From assembly GCA_963924565.1 (NCBI GenBank), contig OZ004610.1, positions 12,772,001 to 12,836,000 on the forward strand: a stretch of 64,000 nt of DNA, written 5' to 3'. A program made the position numbers and the translations under genes. The notes under the pieces are model-generated. The model was given only the letters and a program-made list of their open reading frames with translations. It was not told the DNA's origin and made no database searches. The stretch is from Ascidiella aspersa. Lineage: Eukaryota. Positions 45,701-56,576 of this stretch are shown piece by piece. How positions within the stretch are numbered: the first letter of the stretch is position 1; the number at the start of each line of letters is the position of its first letter.

Positions 45701-46229
45701 GCACAAATTCACAAAAAGTCAATAATCAGTCACCGAACATTAATATTATTTTCCGAAACAACACTTTCTTCCGTTAACATAAGCCTTGTCGTACGTGTAC
45801 AATATGCCTTTTACGAAATGCAAGCACAGTCGCATGCTGGCTACCAAAAGCTTAGCAAGCAAAAAGATCAATAAACAAATGAAAGGATTAGCACAGTCAC
45901 GGGTGATTAAACTACCATTGGTTAAGTACCTCGGCAGAAGAAAAGCTGCTTTTCTCGGGAAATTCTCTGTGGTCTAAGTGCTGGTGAACCGCACGCACTG
46001 AAAGTGCAGTGGACGGCTCTAAAGTGTTAATTGCATCCACGTCGTGCTTGCTATTGTTTTGGGAAAAATCCTTGGCGAGCAGCGACTTGGCGCCTTCGGT
46101 GGGCCAGGGCATCGCGCTGCGGAAAAGTACATGCTGCTGAAACAGGACGGCCGTAATAGTTATCCCCACCAGGATACCCCAGATAAAGGGAATCACGATC
46201 TGGCGCTGGCGGCGGTAAATCTTGCCCAT
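15773..46229 (-). CDS. CHSY1-like: Chondroitin sulfate synthase / chondroitin polymerizing factor family glycosyltransferase (CHSY1-like N-terminal domain, CHPF-like C-terminal half), 12 coding exons, about 793 aa
   Basis: Exons 46229-45930, 45586-45479, 44558-44433, 44097-43981, 37431-37314, 35195-35080, 29131-28949, 21942-21830, 20787-20676, 19933-19772, 17910-17832, 16620-15773; all GT-AG and phase-consistent. Type II anchor RRQRQIVIPFIWGILVGITITAVLF. Motifs IFVGVITAEKFL, YPPQRK, FEWFIRADDDVY, NFCMGGPG, EDVELGRC, ALTLH, GYLRSDPHRGTDYLLD, YKLKYPTADM. The start may lie further upstream (ATG 46676). Confidence 0.92.
19140..19195 (+). mobile_element. hAT MITE left end with a tandemly duplicated TIR
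   Basis: CAGTGTTTCTCAACCT occurs twice (19140 and 19157), followed by ...GTGGCACCCC. I did not find a matching right end. Confidence 0.55.
22580..22865. mobile_element. hAT (Charlie-like) MITE, 286 bp
   Basis: TIRs CAGTGCTTCTCAACCT and AGGTTAAGAAGCACTG. Perfect TSD TGTTAAAT. Internal TGGGTCGC repeats. Confidence 0.93.
29230..29557. mobile_element. hAT-like MITE of the TAGGGATG family, 328 bp
   Basis: TAGGGATGTCTGATA...TATCGCACATCTTT. TSD gtgcacaa/gtgcatca (6/8). Many ATCGG/CCGAT subterminal repeats. A related left end occurs near 51414. Confidence 0.75.
31859..31916. repeat. 16-bp minisatellite, about 3.6 copies
   Basis: Units aactaaaatatagctt, aactaaaatagagctc, aactaaaatatagctc, then partial agctaaaata. 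Confidence 0.85.
31952..32903 (+). mobile_element. Internally deleted SPIN/GTF2IRD2-type hAT transposon, 952 bp
   Basis: Perfect 14-bp TIRs CAAGGGTCTCAAAC and GTTTGAGACCCTTG. Perfect TSD CTCTAGAT. GCGGCCC subterminal repeats. Contains transposase remnants. Confidence 0.95.
32367..32736 (+). pseudogene. Transposase remnant: N-terminal zinc finger joined to the C-terminal tail
   Basis: ERKFFQDRWEELYFVTAVRGASYCLICRQKIAVMKKYNKGLHFETMH resembles the SPIN/GTF2IRD2/EPM2AIP1 C2H2 finger. Stops follow, then HLQATLRFVSADNLKPNIEVLVDKRCQ*, which resembles the family C-terminus. Confidence 0.85.
39905..40077. mobile_element. Old short hAT MITE
   Basis: CAGTGATTCTCACACT...CTTCGAGAACAGCTA, degenerate TSD tacaagag/tactagcg, internal GTACCC repeats. 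Confidence 0.55.
44681..44900. repeat. 110-bp tandem duplication (2 copies) in intron 2 of the glycosyltransferase gene
   Basis: 44681-44790 and 44791-44900 differ at only two positions by eye. Confidence 0.95.
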
Positions 46230-49200
46230 CCAGTTCAAAACGCACTTTTGGTCGGGTTTCGGGCAATTGCTCCGCCCAGCGCTAGTCCGGAAGTTTTCGA
46301 ACGCGCGCGACCCACAAGGCGCCAAGTCGAAAGCTCGCTGAAGCGCGGCGGCGGTGGTGCTGGAAAAACCGTAGTTCGACTTTTGGGCCTCGGCGGTGTC
46401 AAGGTGTTGAGGCGATTTCTCCGATAATTTTACTGGGCGCGGCGCGTTTAGCCCGCAATCGTTGGTTACGCGTATCGACACGTCGAAATTAGGTCTGACC
46501 GGCAGCAGTAATTCCGCGACGTTTCCGTGCGAGTCCAGCTGCGCTCCTGTCGACGGCAAAACGGGTTCGCCGGCCTTGAAATTTTCGTCGGACGTGCCTT
46601 GCCAAAGCGGCTGGCCGTGATTTTCGCGGCTCGAAACATTGCCCGGAGCCACATTGTAACTGGACGGATTGAGCATGCTAAGAAGTGCGCTTGCTAAGCA
46701 CTGTAGGCGGCCTGTGCTGGTCGTCTCTCTCCAGTAGGCATCAAGCCCTCCACACCTTTCCTTGTCCGCTTTCGGCCAGGAAGAGGTCGTTGTGTCACAG
46801 TAACAGGTATTTATCACACAGCGGCTGCTTGTTGTACTTAAACGCGGCTGTGGAGCTGGCGAAACAAGTAAATGTCTTGTAACTATATAAAACGTGTTTT
46901 ATTGACAATTCATCATTAATGGGTTTGAATTGAGTAAAACAAAACAGTATTAAAATCCTCAAGCTACTTGGCACTATTAAATGTAAACAGTTTATCATTT
47001 TACAAGGATGAATGCAAAGCTAAATATTGTCCATAATGCTTATTTCTAAAAATTTATGCCTATAATAAAGGTTGCATAGCAAAACATGGCCAAAATCTCA
47101 TATGATGGTTGAACAAACACATTTTTTAAGGTTATCTAAAAAATAATGAACCTCCGGTCACATGTAGGCCTTCGAGTAGTTTAACAAAAACAACAGAGTC
47201 TTGAAGACATAAAAAGCTCCATTGAAGCACTAAGATGTTCCACTCAACAATAGAGTGTGTGTGGTACTCTCAAGGATTAGGTGCTTATTACTGAGGCAGA
47301 ACAAGTCATCTTGAGTGGCTTTCAAGAACTTTCCATGTAAAGGATTCTAAAACCTTAGAAATGGCTTTTTCGGCTCTTTATGATCTATCGGAGCACAAAC
47401 AATAATACAGCTCAGGTCATCTTTATGTTGATGCTAATGTTATAAAACAAATTTCAATAAGATTTACCATAAAAGAGAACAAATCTAATATTGTTCTTGT
47501 TAAACAACTTGGTGGAAGCATTTTTTTTCATTAATTATAAATACTATTGGCAATACAGGAAGAAGACTGGATTTATTTTATTATGGTGTAGTGCCCTAAT
47601 AACTTAATTTAACAATCACACTACACGCTTTTTTTTCACCAGCTTAGAATATTGGCTTCTCACAACTATTTTATGATACTCTAAATAACATCAAAATAAA
47701 TGATTGTTAGAAAAAATAATACTAACCCAATTTTAAACAGTAAGCTGCTTTAAAATAACATCAGCATGCCATAATATGTTGACAAAATACCTTACTATTA
47801 GATACATAGTAAAACCCTTCAATAGAGAGGATCAAGGTTATCATTTTACCATTTTTTTATGTATATGTACAAAATAGTGGTTGTACTTTGAACGCACAAA
47901 TTCCTGTTTGTCTTATACATTTTTAAAACATATAAGTATTCAAGTTACACTAAAAACAAATAACCTTATGGACAAAACCTCCTAATTTTCTTATACAAAA
48001 TACAAAGGAATCAAATGTTAATTTGCATGCACAAACTATATTATAACGACCAAACAAAAGATATGTGAAGCATTTCTTAAACTTACTAATTCATTACCAG
48101 AAACCTCTCCCTAGTCAAAGTAACACTATGTAGGTTGTTGTATCCCATATACAGTCATGATCTGTCACTGCACCTGCTGCAACCATACCCTGTTTAAAAG
48201 CATGCCAAGCTTGTAATTTATACATCATATAGATACAACAAGATTGTACACAAAGGCTATAACTGTACTTCCAATGTTGGAAAACGTTTATCACCAGCGG
48301 TACGTCACTTATAAACACCAATAACTTTCAATAGGACTGTCCGATTGTTTGTAGCGCAGTTGACTAGGAATTAGACCTACACGTAACAATTGCACGGTAT
48401 TCATGCGTCTTACAATAATCTAAAAATTGGCAATAGCGGCGGAGATTTTAAACAACCGCTTCAAAGTTAATCTAATTCAACGATAAAAACTTACAACCAA
48501 ACTGGACACAACCAGCTGAGCTGACCGGCCTTCTAGCTTAGGAGACAGCTACGCCGCTACGCACAAATGGCCATTATCGATTTGTAGTGAGCCTTTTTCT
48601 CAACATGTGAGTAGCGAGAGAAAGAGAAAAATGCGGTAGACCAACAGCGCTCCCCCAAACAGTGCTTGATCCGAGAGTTTGCGAGCTGTGCTGCGCATAC
48701 CTTACATTACAAATATATTGAATAAAATTATTAAACAAAACATTTTATTAATATTTTCGCTTAAACCAGGCAAAAAGTGAGCGCTGTGAGTATTACGCCC
48801 CTTTCCTAATAGATAGTTATACCGACTAAAAATATACAAACGTAATCATCAGTCACGTATTGTGTAAGCAAATACCCTAGGCAGACAAGAGAAAAAGGAG
48901 CGATTTTTTCGTATTACATTCCTATATCTTGTGATTTTGCGGTTTTGCAGACTTCCTAAGATTTATTAAGCCCGTCGGATTTATTAAGCAAGACCTGAAA
49001 ATAGTACCCCTTGCAATAGCTAATAAGAGAACAGAGGGCTTTGAGTAGCATTTGAAAAATGAAATCTGACATTCCTGCCTTTTCACCTTTTTACTTTTTA
49101 TTTTTCGAAACATCTGCAAAGACTAACTATACAATCACAAAATGACAATAATATATTTAACACTAGAATTAGACATAGCTAGAATCCCCGCTGACGTTCA

Positions 49201-49658
49201 AAATGACTGATTGTCCAATAAAGAAAAAAATACCGTAAGTTTCTTTTTACTATTAAGCGACATAAACCTTTGTAGGTGTGGGTTTGATACGTAGGCTCCA
49301 ATTTAATATCATATTATCTACCAATTGATAGGCCTTCAACCTGATTTTTCGCTGCGTAGAGTATATTTGGTTTTGTTTGTTTGCTTTACAACTAACACGA
49401 ACATTGAAATTGAACAATTAGTTTTTAAATAAGCTAAAACTATTAAACGTCCATTTTTTATTATGCTGATTGTTACATGGACCACAAGTAGCTACCCAAA
49501 GGCATACAAGAACCAACAAATTAACAGCGCTCAGCGCAATCACACATTTAACTTTCAAGTTCCACCCAACCTGTACAACACTTTTAGCAAACTAATCTAC
49601 AGCAACCACAACACAATTTTGCAGTTTTAATTTGTTGACAGTTCACATTAGTTTGGAA

Positions 49659-49907
49659 CAGAGGTGTAGCTATAAGGGGTGCGGTGGGGTACATATTTTC
49701 CCTGGCGCCAAAATAAGGCTTACAAATGCCAAAATACGACTGCTTCTTCTTTAAATGCGATCTTCTATTAAAATTTCAATTGTTTTTTCCGTATAAAGTA
49801 TGATATTGGTATATTGTGTTAATGTAATATAAAATGTGATTAAACATAGGGGAGGGCGCCAATTGTATAGTTTACCCCCGGGGCAAAATACCCTGGCTAC
49901 GTATCTG
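49659..49907. mobile_element. hAT-like MITE, 249 bp
   Basis: Imperfect TIRs CAGAGGTGTAGCT and GGCTACGTATCTG. Perfect TSD GTTTGGAA at 49651-49658 and 49908-49915. Confidence 0.85.
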
Positions 49908-50411
49908 GTTTGGAATTACTTTCGCTTTTTGCTTCCGCCAACCATCGAATTTTTAAAAATTGTTGAAGTAACTAACTGCTACCAGTTACTGCAGCAATAG
50001 TCTCGTGGTTGTTTTAAAATAACAGCACAACGGTAGTTTAAAATAAATCGATTTCTATCTCATACTGTGGTTATTCTAATAAACTAAAAAATTGCATACC
50101 AAAAGGTGACCTAGACTAGGAAAAGTAGAAAGTAGCATAGGTTTTAAAAAATGAAACATTCACACATATGTGTGTTAATAGCTGAGATCTAGCCCTTCGA
50201 AGCTGCTTTTTTTACGATGGCATTGGTGTACTAGGTTTTAAAAAAATTCTAAATATTATGTAAAGTCAATAAAATTATTACCTGCCTTAATGAGGTAAAC
50301 ATTTATCGCGTTTATTCGACTGAATTTTAAAAGTTATTTTGAAAACGCAAGTAACACACCTCCGGAACGTTGCGCCACACCTGACATGGTCTCGCGGCGC
50401 ATTGCTTAGAC

Positions 50412-50774
50412 CAGTGCTCTTCAACCTTTTTTTGGTTTGGTGAACCCTTAAAATTGTTATGACGAACTCATGAACCCTGTTTACTTCAAAGGTAAACTGA
50501 GGTAAAATACGTTATGAAAAATCATTATGCATATCAATATCATCATGTCAATTAATCCGAGCTGAGCTGCCGAAGTTTTATATACTGTCGGTGAGAGTTT
50601 GATTGGGGCTGCAGGCTGCTTGCGAGCACTATTGCATGTCATCAAACAGCCAAATATTAATGGTTCATTAAAAGTTTTTGATGTACCCCTGTATATACCT
50701 TTTCGTACTGGTGCACCCCATACATATTTTGATACACCTTAGGGTGCACCGTGCACATCGGTTAAAGTGCACTG
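50412..50774. mobile_element. hAT (Charlie-like) MITE, 363 bp
   Basis: TIRs CAGTGCTCTTCAACC and GGTTAAAGTGCACTG. Perfect TSD GCTTAGAC. Confidence 0.9.
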
Positions 50775-52419
50775 GCTTAGACGACGACCTGTTAAACTTT
50801 GATTGTCTTTTGCCAAATACGCAGTGGTCGTTACTCGCTAGCCATTGTTATGAAACTTTTGCCAAGACTTTTCATTCATAATTTAGCTTCGTTAAGGATT
50901 CGGAAACAGTTCTTTATTTACTCTTCAGCTTAACTAGACTGGCCCAGTTACCCAGAACCCATAAACTATTTCGCGCTTATAAACTGTAGAAATAATCACA
51001 AAAAATAAAATATTTATAAACCAATCACGGAGCAAAGGCATGAGGCGAAACCCATGTGTCCGTTCGTCCAACAGTCAGCGCAAACAGGTGTATAGTAAAT
51101 CGCGAACTTTAAAAGATAAAACTACTAAATTTAGATTCCGGTGTGATTCTTATTTTTCTCCGCTTGTGATTCTTATTTTTTCTCTCAAAAAACATTATGG
51201 AAGACCTTCGCAGACCTTTCGGCAGTGTCCTCGGTTTTTGAACTTCAATTTGATAAAACAATACTTGAGTAAAGTTTAGACACTCTTTACGACTTCAGAA
51301 AAAAGTTTTTCAAATCATGGAATGCAACAATATAAGCAGTGTTTTAACACAGAGTGTGCGGACTATTTTGAATCCGGGCGGACTATTTGAAATCCGTGTA
51401 GTTTTTGTTTATATAGGGATGTCCGATTTATTCCGACAGCGATATCCGATATTTTGGACAAAAGTTTGGACGCAATCCGATCTATAACAACTATAGGTTT
51501 TAAATATTTAGCGTTAAGACGTTTAGTTACCGCATAGTTAACTTACACTATTTATTGTTTTTTTACCGCTAAAATATCATGGCTAAAATTTGTGTAATAA
51601 TTTAGTAGAGGACTATACCCTATGGCTATAGGATAGCACTAGTACCGATATTATCACTTGGCATACGGTATCAAAACCATTTAATTTCATATTCAATTTT
51701 CGAAAAAAAAATCGGTTTGGGAAAATGATTAAACGGCCGTGTGTTGTCCTTAACTGGCATACATAACAGCCCTGTAAAAAGTTGTCACCAGTACAGAAAA
51801 ACTCAGGGAACAAAACTCTTTGGTAAATATTTATGATATTAGACGGTCAGTTAGAATATTTTATTCCTATTACTAAATATTTATGATATTTTATTCCTAT
51901 TACTAGAGTTCGTTGTATTGAATTTTACCTTTTTATTAAAAAATAGCTCAACTAACCGGGTATTACTCAAACGTTTTCATTTATAAATTAGTATGTATTT
52001 CATAATCAACCTGAAATACTTGGAAAACTTGAAGGTTCCAACAATTAAACGACATAAGTATTATTATGATAGGGCCTTTACCTCTTCATTCATACGATTT
52101 GTAGTTTTAATGACTATATACGTGGACTATCTGAAGAAATTAACCAAATTTCTTAAGGTTGACGTTGAATAGTGTAAGCGGTTAGAATGTTCCGTTGATG
52201 CGTTTCAAGTTACTGTTCTCCCGTCGATCTGTATTTGTAATGTTACTCTAATTTGTTCTTACTGGGTCCAAGTTTACCAAATAACGCTCAAAACTGTTTT
52301 CCAATACCACTACTGCTTTTAGGGATTTCTGGCAACAACTATAGACTTTTAACGTGTTTTAATGTGTAACAAGCGATATCAAGTGTGTGAAACAAAATTC
52401 AAACATACAGAAAGAAGTC

Positions 52420-54525
52420 CTAATGGGATTTACGTTGCTTTTTATGCAGTGCAGTAAAGTTTTGACAGTGTTTGCGATACTTGATCTTGCGCGACACCTT
52501 GCGACATTTTCTAAGCGAGTACTTCTTGACTGGCCTCCACGCACACACGAACGAGTTCGGGTCTTTCATGCAGTCCTTAAATCCGCCTTTCAACAGTTTC
52601 TTTTTGGACTTTCGGTCGCATTTTTTCCAGCTTTTCGGGCAGCCCTTACGCCAGAATTTTTTTATTGCCGCTTTCTTCGCTTTCCTGGACAGTTTTTTCG
52701 ATATTTTGGACAATTTGGGTTTGTCATTTTTGTTAACAATCGTTGCTACGGAAGGAGTGGTGATTGCTTGGGTATTGGCGCTGATTGAACTTCGCAACGC
52801 TGTAAAACATAAAACGCATTACCTAGCTGTACCAGAGACTATAAGTAATACAAATTATAAACACATGTTCTGTTGGCCATTACTTTAGGGAGGTTTTTTT
52901 TATTACTACTTTTGATTAAACGTTGTGTTTTAGAGTTTTAAGAAAGTAACTATCGCTTCTACACTTGCCTCTTGAACAATCTTGCTCATCAGAACCATCC
53001 CGGCAAATTGGGTAACCGTCGCAGATATCGCTGATACCGTAGCAAATGTAAGGCTCGTCTGTACAAGGAGTTTCCCCATTTTTACATTGAGAAGTAAGTT
53101 GCTAGAAGAAAATATGCATAGAGTGTAAATTCGTTATTGATAAGTAAACATACGGACCGTATAAAAAATAAGTGCGATTGACTTACCGGCAAGTTGAAAA
53201 AAGTATTTGTACCGTCGACAGCGTAAATAAAACATACAACAGACTTATTATATGGCCTGCACCTAAATTAGGGTTGCCATATGTGAGGATTTCCCGGACA
53301 TGTCAGGGAATTCAGTGTTAAATCAAATCTGTTTAAATGTCCGGGATTTGACCGTACTGTATGAAGTATATCGACAATACATTCACGATACTGAAAACGA
53401 TAATTGTAACTACTAAATTTAGTTTACCTTTGTTCTGTTTGATAAATAGCTTTGTATTTTCAGGACGCAAGTTTTGCGTGCAATGCCATGTATTGTTACG
53501 TCACAACAGACAATGTTTAACACCTTTTAGGTGTTACCAACTATGGAACTGCATATAAACTCCAATTGGAGCCACGGCTACACCTACTGTTGAAACAAAC
53601 TTGGTTTAAATATGAGGTGTGCGAAACTAATTATGTCTTAGCCCGTTTTACTGAAATTGGATTAGCCCGATAGCGCCGTGTCTCAAGGCACCTTTGAAAA
53701 TGAAATTATGGTCAACATTGTGAAATTATGGTCAAGGTTGTCGATTTTGTTCACACCTGGCAATTTTCTTCGTCCGACTTATCACCGGCGCCACATTCCG
53801 CTACAAAGTTACAAACTTGAATGTGAGCCAGACATTGATCAGAGTACTTGCATCGAAAATCGCACGAAACTACGTCACCTATACGCACACAAGAGATGAA
53901 AAGTTCATGTTAACAATTAACGTATCTCTATAAAATGGACACACAAACTTCAATAGTTACGGGCAATGTGCGCTATAATACTTTACTTAAACTAATCTTA
54001 CATAAACTATAAGCTTTTGAAGGCTGCCGACCTTCTTTATAAATGCTACAACAAACGAATAAAGCCAAGAACACACATGGCTTAAAAAGCCTTCCTGACA
54101 ATTATTGTATTTACAGGTTATGCGATAAAGGCTATTCATGGACTCACCACACATTTCTACACTTTCGTCAGATTGATCGTAGCAGTCAAAGGTACGGTCG
54201 CAAACCTGCTTCATCGCAATCTTGTACGACTGATCCTTGCAAGACCACATCTGCTGCTCCACCAAATGCGGTTCTGCATGATCTACAAAAAAAGAGACTA
54301 GAAAAATAAAAAAACATGTCAGTTGTAGGCAATAACAGAACGCTATTCAGCGTAAAATACAAAAACTTAGCAGAACTTTATAATTGTACAAAAAAAAATT
54401 GGCGGGGCGCTATTAATTAAAAAATTATAATAAAACTTTACAAAAACATTACCATCAGCTTGTACTCCAGTTGTGGTCAGCGTTAACAAAAACAAAACAC
54501 TAAAAGCATAAACGTAAGCGCCCAT
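52420..54525 (-). CDS. Secreted protein with 3 LDL-receptor class A modules and a Lys/Arg-rich six-Cys C-terminal domain, 5 exons, about 280 aa
   Basis: Exons 54525-54453, 54282-54148, 53878-53757, 53101-52969 (GC donor), 52799-52420. Signal peptide MGAYVYAFSVLFLLTLTTTGVQA|D. LDLa cores VCDRTFDCYDQSDE, VCNFVAECGAGDKSDEENC and ICDGYPICRDGSDEQDC. No transmembrane segment. Confidence 0.88.
53269..53350 (+). mobile_element. End fragment of a hAT (Blackjack-like) element
   Basis: TAGGGTTGCCATA followed by CCGGACA/TGTCCGG repeats. Reverse-orientation relatives occur at about 58565-58667 and 59900-60000. Confidence 0.65.
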
Positions 54526-55337
54526 TTCGGCAAAGAAAACAAAAGAAAATTAGCAGTTCGTTTAACTTCCAGTATAGCACACTGTATTCAATGTGAAACC
54601 TGAAACGGACTGTTCGTCTTACATCCCAGAATAGGAATTTCAAGTCGTAAAAAAAGCGCGCGAGGCTTGCAAAATTAGTTAATGAATCCTTGCATTCCTC
54701 AGGCAAGACGGTGCATTTATTACAACGCCTAGGGAAACAACGAGAGCCTATAGCGTTTTGGTAAAGTTGCTGTCAATTATACAATTATCAGGCCTTCGTT
54801 TTTTTTCCAAAAAAACATCATTTATTGCGTGTAGGTTCTTTAAGTGTTCATGTAAACTCCAATTGAAATTTATTGAAAAAAAAGGAAAATTTAATAAAAG
54901 CTTTTCTAAAATAAAAATAAAATATTATATATATTTTGACATATATTTTCATGCTAGAAAACAGTGTAGATTGCTTGTGGAAAGCAACAAACAAAGGAAT
55001 AAAAGTAAACAGTAAATATATTTTATAGGATGATATATTTGGTTTTGGTTCAAAATATTACCGTTAGGTAGGGTTAACATATTTTTGGGCTTACAATCGG
55101 GACGCTTCCAAGCAGTCACAAAATCCATTATTTTTCGTCATCACTTATATATATATAACGTCATATAAAGACGTCGTAGCGTGAACGTTACCAAACATGT
55201 AACTTAAAGAGGCCGTTTGTTGCCAGTTAAATTGTATCAAAATAGAACTAAATGTATAGCCTACACCGAAAGCCATCGCAGACTAACCGAATCTGTCGAT
55301 CAATAATGCAAGCAAGGCAGGCTAAAAGACAAACAAA

Positions 55338-55407
55338 CTGCAGGGAGGTTTGAACTCACGACCTGTCATACCAGGACCGTCGCTCTACCAACTGAGCTAC
55401 ACAGACT
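55338..55407 (-). other. tRNA-derived element (SINE head or tRNA pseudogene)
   Basis: Minus strand reads GTCTGTGTAGCTCAGTTGGTAGAGCG...GGTCGTGAGTTCAAACCTC. It has an intact A box/D arm and B box/T arm and a downstream T-rich run. The acceptor and anticodon stems pair poorly. Confidence 0.75.
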
Positions 55408-55591
55408 CAAGGAGGAGCGAGTCGAGAAACAACCACATTTAATAAACGTGTAGGCTATATCTTATAAAGAGCAATGGACAAGAAGCAATAAAACAATAAT
55501 TGTTTGGTAATGTGCTTATTTTCCACAAAAATGGAAGCAATAATAGCTTTCGGCATTTGGGCTAATCCGATTTTAACAAAACAGACTAAGA

Positions 55592-56576
55592 CAGGGTTTC
55601 CCAAACTTTTTTGGACCACGGACCACTATTTGTAAATCTGTTTTTTCGCGGAGCGCAATACAAAGCAAAAAATAAATACATCCAAATTTTATATATTTAC
55701 AAAACTGAGAACATCAATGGGACGGATGGGATTGCTTCCCTCTGCTTAAATCATAAATTCAAAGCGCAACACGTAAGATTTACGACACTTGACAGCAAAA
55801 GCTTTCGAAATCAATAAGTTGTGAATAACTGCGGCAGTTTAATTATCTTTGAAAGCGTACATACTGTACAACAAGGGTCGGCAACATTTTTTTAGTCGCG
55901 GGCTAAAACCAAACTCAGAAAGGTCTCTACGGGCCGCAAAAAATGTTAACGAAAAATTATGTTATTAAAAAATAGAACAACTGTAAATCAGGCGGGCTTC
56001 GGATACGTTTTTGCACTGAACAACGCTTTTAGTTACTTTTAAGGAGGCAGTAGAGTAAAGTGTGTTGACGCAAAGCGGAAAAAAGGCGTTTGTTTGGTTA
56101 AAAATTCGAGTCCGCACGTCGTTATTCATATTTTTTTGGGGGTATACCGGCATTTCTTGCAAATTTTTATGACATTTTACAAATAAGAATTAAAATGTAT
56201 GTCCAACATTTTTGAATACGTTTTCCGTTTGTACGCGAAGGCACTTGGCAGTCAGTCTTCCACAGCGCAAGAAGCGCTAATCTAGCTCAAATGACAGCCT
56301 CATAACGTAAATATACCTGATGTATAAAGTTAACGCAAAGCGCGAAAATTTTTCGCACTTACGTAGTTAAAATAGTCAAAAAGTATGAGAAATGTACTCG
56401 TGTCTAGTTTGTTAAAGAAGCTGCGGGTCGGATAAATTACATTCGCGGACCGCTGGTTGCCTACCCCTGCTGTACAACGTATATGTGCAACTTTTTAATT
56501 TCTTGTCATATCGCCACGCGGACCACCTATACAGTTGTCGCGGATAACCAATGGTCCGCGGACCACAGAAACCCTG
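55592..56576 (-). mobile_element. Second copy of the Charlie/Buster-type element (family of 275-2423), with a nested MITE
   Basis: CAGGGTTTCCCAAACT...GAAACCCTG with perfect TSD GACTAAGA. Carries the same ...QSHPSH* transposase tail on the minus strand. Confidence 0.92.
55872..56469. mobile_element. hAT MITE nested in 55592-56576, 598 bp
   Basis: TIRs CAAGGGTCGGCAAC and GTTGCCTACCCCTG. Perfect TSD CTGTACAA at 55864-55871 and 56470-56477. Confidence 0.93.

Noticed and set aside
52420-52799. Vanabin-like or histone H1/protamine-like identity for the Lys/Cys-rich tail
   Set aside because: It lacks the repeated C-x(2-4)-C pattern of vanabins and an H1 globular domain, and it is spliced to a signal peptide and LDLa exons.
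52387-52888. Plus-strand Phe/Leu-rich ORFs resembling membrane proteins
   Set aside because: Antisense shadows of the Lys-rich (AAA/AAG) minus-strand exon.
55338-55407. Functional tRNA gene
   Set aside because: Acceptor and anticodon stems do not pair properly, and no anticodon can be assigned.
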